DNA from: an uncultured Oscillospiraceae bacterium
Lineage (GTDB): Bacteria > Bacillota > Clostridia > Oscillospirales > Ruminococcaceae
Direction of reading: 5' to 3'
DNA: 44,761 nt
NCBI GenBank assembly: GCA_964423365.1
Contig: CAYRFC010000003.1
Coordinates: 1-44,761, forward strand
The notes beneath the pieces are model-generated. The model did no database searches and was not told where the DNA came from. It saw only the letters and a list, made by a program, of their open reading frames with translations. The position numbers and the translations under genes were made by a program. Each line of letters starts with the position of its first letter. Within the stretch, counting starts at the first letter, position 1. Positions 43,540 to 44,761 of the stretch are shown here, in pieces.

Positions 43540-44042
43540 AGCAGTTTCCCGCCCTTGCGGTAGTACCGGGCCAAAAACGGTGCTTCCAAACGCCTTTTCA
43601 GGCGAATGGTAAGCTTGAAATCCTCTGCCAGAGGCTTCACCAGCAGCACCTTTACCCCGGCCAAATGCCCCGCCAGTGCATCGGTAAAAATTTGGTCGCC
43701 CACCAGCGCCATGTCCGCCCGGGGCAACTGCCAGCGCCGCTTGGCCGCCAAAAACCAGCGGGGCGAAGGCTTGCAGCAAAAGCTGGCAAAGGGCAGGCCC
43801 AGGCGCTCGGCAAAGGGCTGCACCCTCTCCTGAAAGTTGTTGCTGGCCAGCATCAGCTTCACCCCGGCCGCCTGCATCAGCGCCAGCCATTCCAGCACCT
43901 CGGCGCTCACCTCCTGGCTGTCGTGCCGGGTGAGGGTATTGTCCACGTCCAGCACCAGCGCCCGGATGCCCTGCGCCTGCAAAAATTCCAGGGTGATATG
44001 CGTCACATCGCGGAAGATATGCTCCGGAGTGAAAATACGCAT
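43536..44042 (-). CDS. yqeG: YqeG-family HAD-IIIA phosphatase
   Basis: 168 aa. DVDNTL nucleophile motif, SNN, GDQIFTD. Confidence 0.85.
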   Translation of the reverse strand: MRIFTPEHIFRDVTHITLEFLQAQGIRALVLDVDNTLTRHDSQEVSAEVLEWLALMQAAGVKLMLASNNFQERVQPFAERLGLPFASFCCKPSPRWFLAAKRRWQLPRADMALVGDQIFTDALAGHLAGVKVLLVKPLAEDFKLTIRLKRRLEAPFLARYYRKGGKLL

Positions 44043-44103
44043 TGAATTCTCCTTTACTACATTTCTATGGAATGCCGCCCCAAGGCCGCCGCATAGAAAA
44101 GGA

Positions 44104-44128
44104 AAGCGGGCCCCTAGGGAGCCCGCTT
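44104..44128 (-). terminator. hairpin downstream of rpsU
   Basis: AAGCGGGC / GCCCGCTT stem with a 9-nt loop. On the minus strand it is followed by TCCTTTTC. Confidence 0.55.
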
Positions 44129-44158
44129 GGGTGCCGCTATGCGCCCCGGCAAGCGTAA

Positions 44159-44335
44159 CTATTTAAACTTACGCTTGCGGGCAGCTTCGGACTTTTTCTT
44201 GCGCTTTACCGAAGGTTTCTCGTAGGCTTCGCGTTTGCGAACTTCCGCCAAAACACCCGATTTCGCACAAGAACGCTTAAAACGGCGCAGCGCGCTGTCC
44301 AGCGATTCGTTGTCCTTCACTCTGATTTCCGACAT
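44159..44335 (-). CDS. rpsU: 30S ribosomal protein S21
   Basis: Absent from the ORF track because it is only 58 aa. Hand translation gives [58 protein letters not shown], near-identical in pattern to B. subtilis S21. RBS GGGAGGG 6 nt upstream. Confidence 0.95.
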   Translation of the reverse strand: MSEIRVKDNESLDSALRRFKRSCAKSGVLAEVRKREAYEKPSVKRKKKSEAARKRKFK

Positions 44336-44342
44336 CTTTGTC

Positions 44343-44372
44343 CCTCCCTAATGCCGAAGCAAGAGTAGGAGG
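44343..44372 (-). promoter_or_regulatory. SD-sequestering hairpin in the rpsU leader
   Basis: Minus-strand RNA CCUCCUA-CUCU-UGC-UUCG-GCA-U-UAGGGAGG. An anti-SD-like CCUCCUA pairs with the rpsU SD (one bulged G). The apical helix is closed by a UUCG tetraloop. Confidence 0.4.
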
Positions 44373-44445
44373 CCCAATTTGTAAGCCTCTCACATAAGAA
44401 AACAGCCGCCATTTGTGGCGGGCCATCGTCCTCTGATGCAAAGAC

Positions 44446-44475
44446 ATTATACACCAGCGCGGTAAGAAGTGTCAA
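44446..44475 (-). promoter_or_regulatory. strong sigma-A type promoter of rpsU
   Basis: Minus strand reads TTGACA (44470..44475), 18 nt spacer, TATAAT (44446..44451), with both hexamers matching consensus. Leader of about 100 nt. Confidence 0.6.
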
Positions 44476-44761
44476 GTTGAGAAGACGGGGAAATTGAACC
44501 CATTGCTCTACAAAAGAAAAACTGGCTGTGCAGAGGTGCCGCCTGCATGCCCAGCCCCGGAATAGCAGGCAAGGTTTTTTGGCAGAAGTAGACAAGTGCA
44601 GCGCCCGGCCCGGGAAAGCAGGCGTGGATTTTGACAAAATATTCCAGCCTGAAGGCCGCCAAATGGCTCCGCTTTTCCGCAGCCGCCGCTATCCCAAAGC
44701 CCCCTGCGCTCAGGAGGCAGAAGACCGATTCTATATATCTCCTTTGGCAGCTGACAAGTGA

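Noticed and set aside
43540-43890. 5' extension of the endonuclease IV-like ORF (track 42679..43890, 403 aa)
   Set aside because: The extension runs through the yqeG coding region in another frame. The family-typical N-terminus (RFGPAGLG) begins right after a GTG at 43539 that overlaps the yqeG stop.
1-44761. CRISPR arrays, insertion sequences, integrases, prophage or defence-system genes
   Set aside because: I noticed no regularly spaced direct repeats. No transposase, recombinase or phage-like product appears in any frame, and there is no obvious compositional island. The window reads as syntenic core genome.

Overview
GC-rich chromosomal segment with a strong G/C bias at third codon positions. 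It reads like core genome of a high-GC Clostridia-type Firmicute (taxon is inference only). I can support 48 protein-coding genes, mostly on the minus strand. I found no rRNA or tRNA genes, no CRISPR array, and no transposase, integrase or phage genes. Gene content in order: an HPr-like protein plus an M23 peptidase; asnS-mutY; two orphan small proteins; rsmA; a cold-shock protein; yjbQ; two unknown membrane proteins; proB-proA; rfbA-rfbD-rfbB plus a GT2 glycosyltransferase; an envelope module of ftsE, ftsX, a coiled-coil M23 peptidase and an S41 (Ctp)-like protein; a CdaR-type regulator; a zincin; DUF1934-argS; ddl-murI; degV; pdxK-like plus trmL; an OmpR/histidine-kinase pair; a GDPD; a PTS locus with a divergent PucR-family regulator (ptsH, class I aldolase, Zn dehydrogenase, EIIABCD-Man, ptsI); efp plus an acidic zinc-ribbon protein; a pepP-like peptidase; an endonuclease IV-like protein; yqeG; and rpsU. 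rpsU is 58 aa, below the ORF-track cut-off, and was found by hand translation. The main leads are: (1) a self-contained Man-family PTS locus carrying its own HPr and Enzyme I, with only an aldolase and a dehydrogenase as catabolic enzymes, so no known substrate can be assigned. (2) The S41 Ctp homologue in the ftsEX-M23 module has Ala at the nucleophile Ser position and Asn at the Tsp Asp441 position, so it is predicted to be a pseudo-protease. (3) Two complementary HPr paralogues: one has His15 but Ser46 replaced by Arg, and the other keeps the Ser46 motif but lacks His15 and Arg17. (4) An SD-sequestering hairpin lies in the rpsU leader. Many long ORFs in the supplied track are antisense shadow ORFs typical of GC-rich DNA and were rejected.
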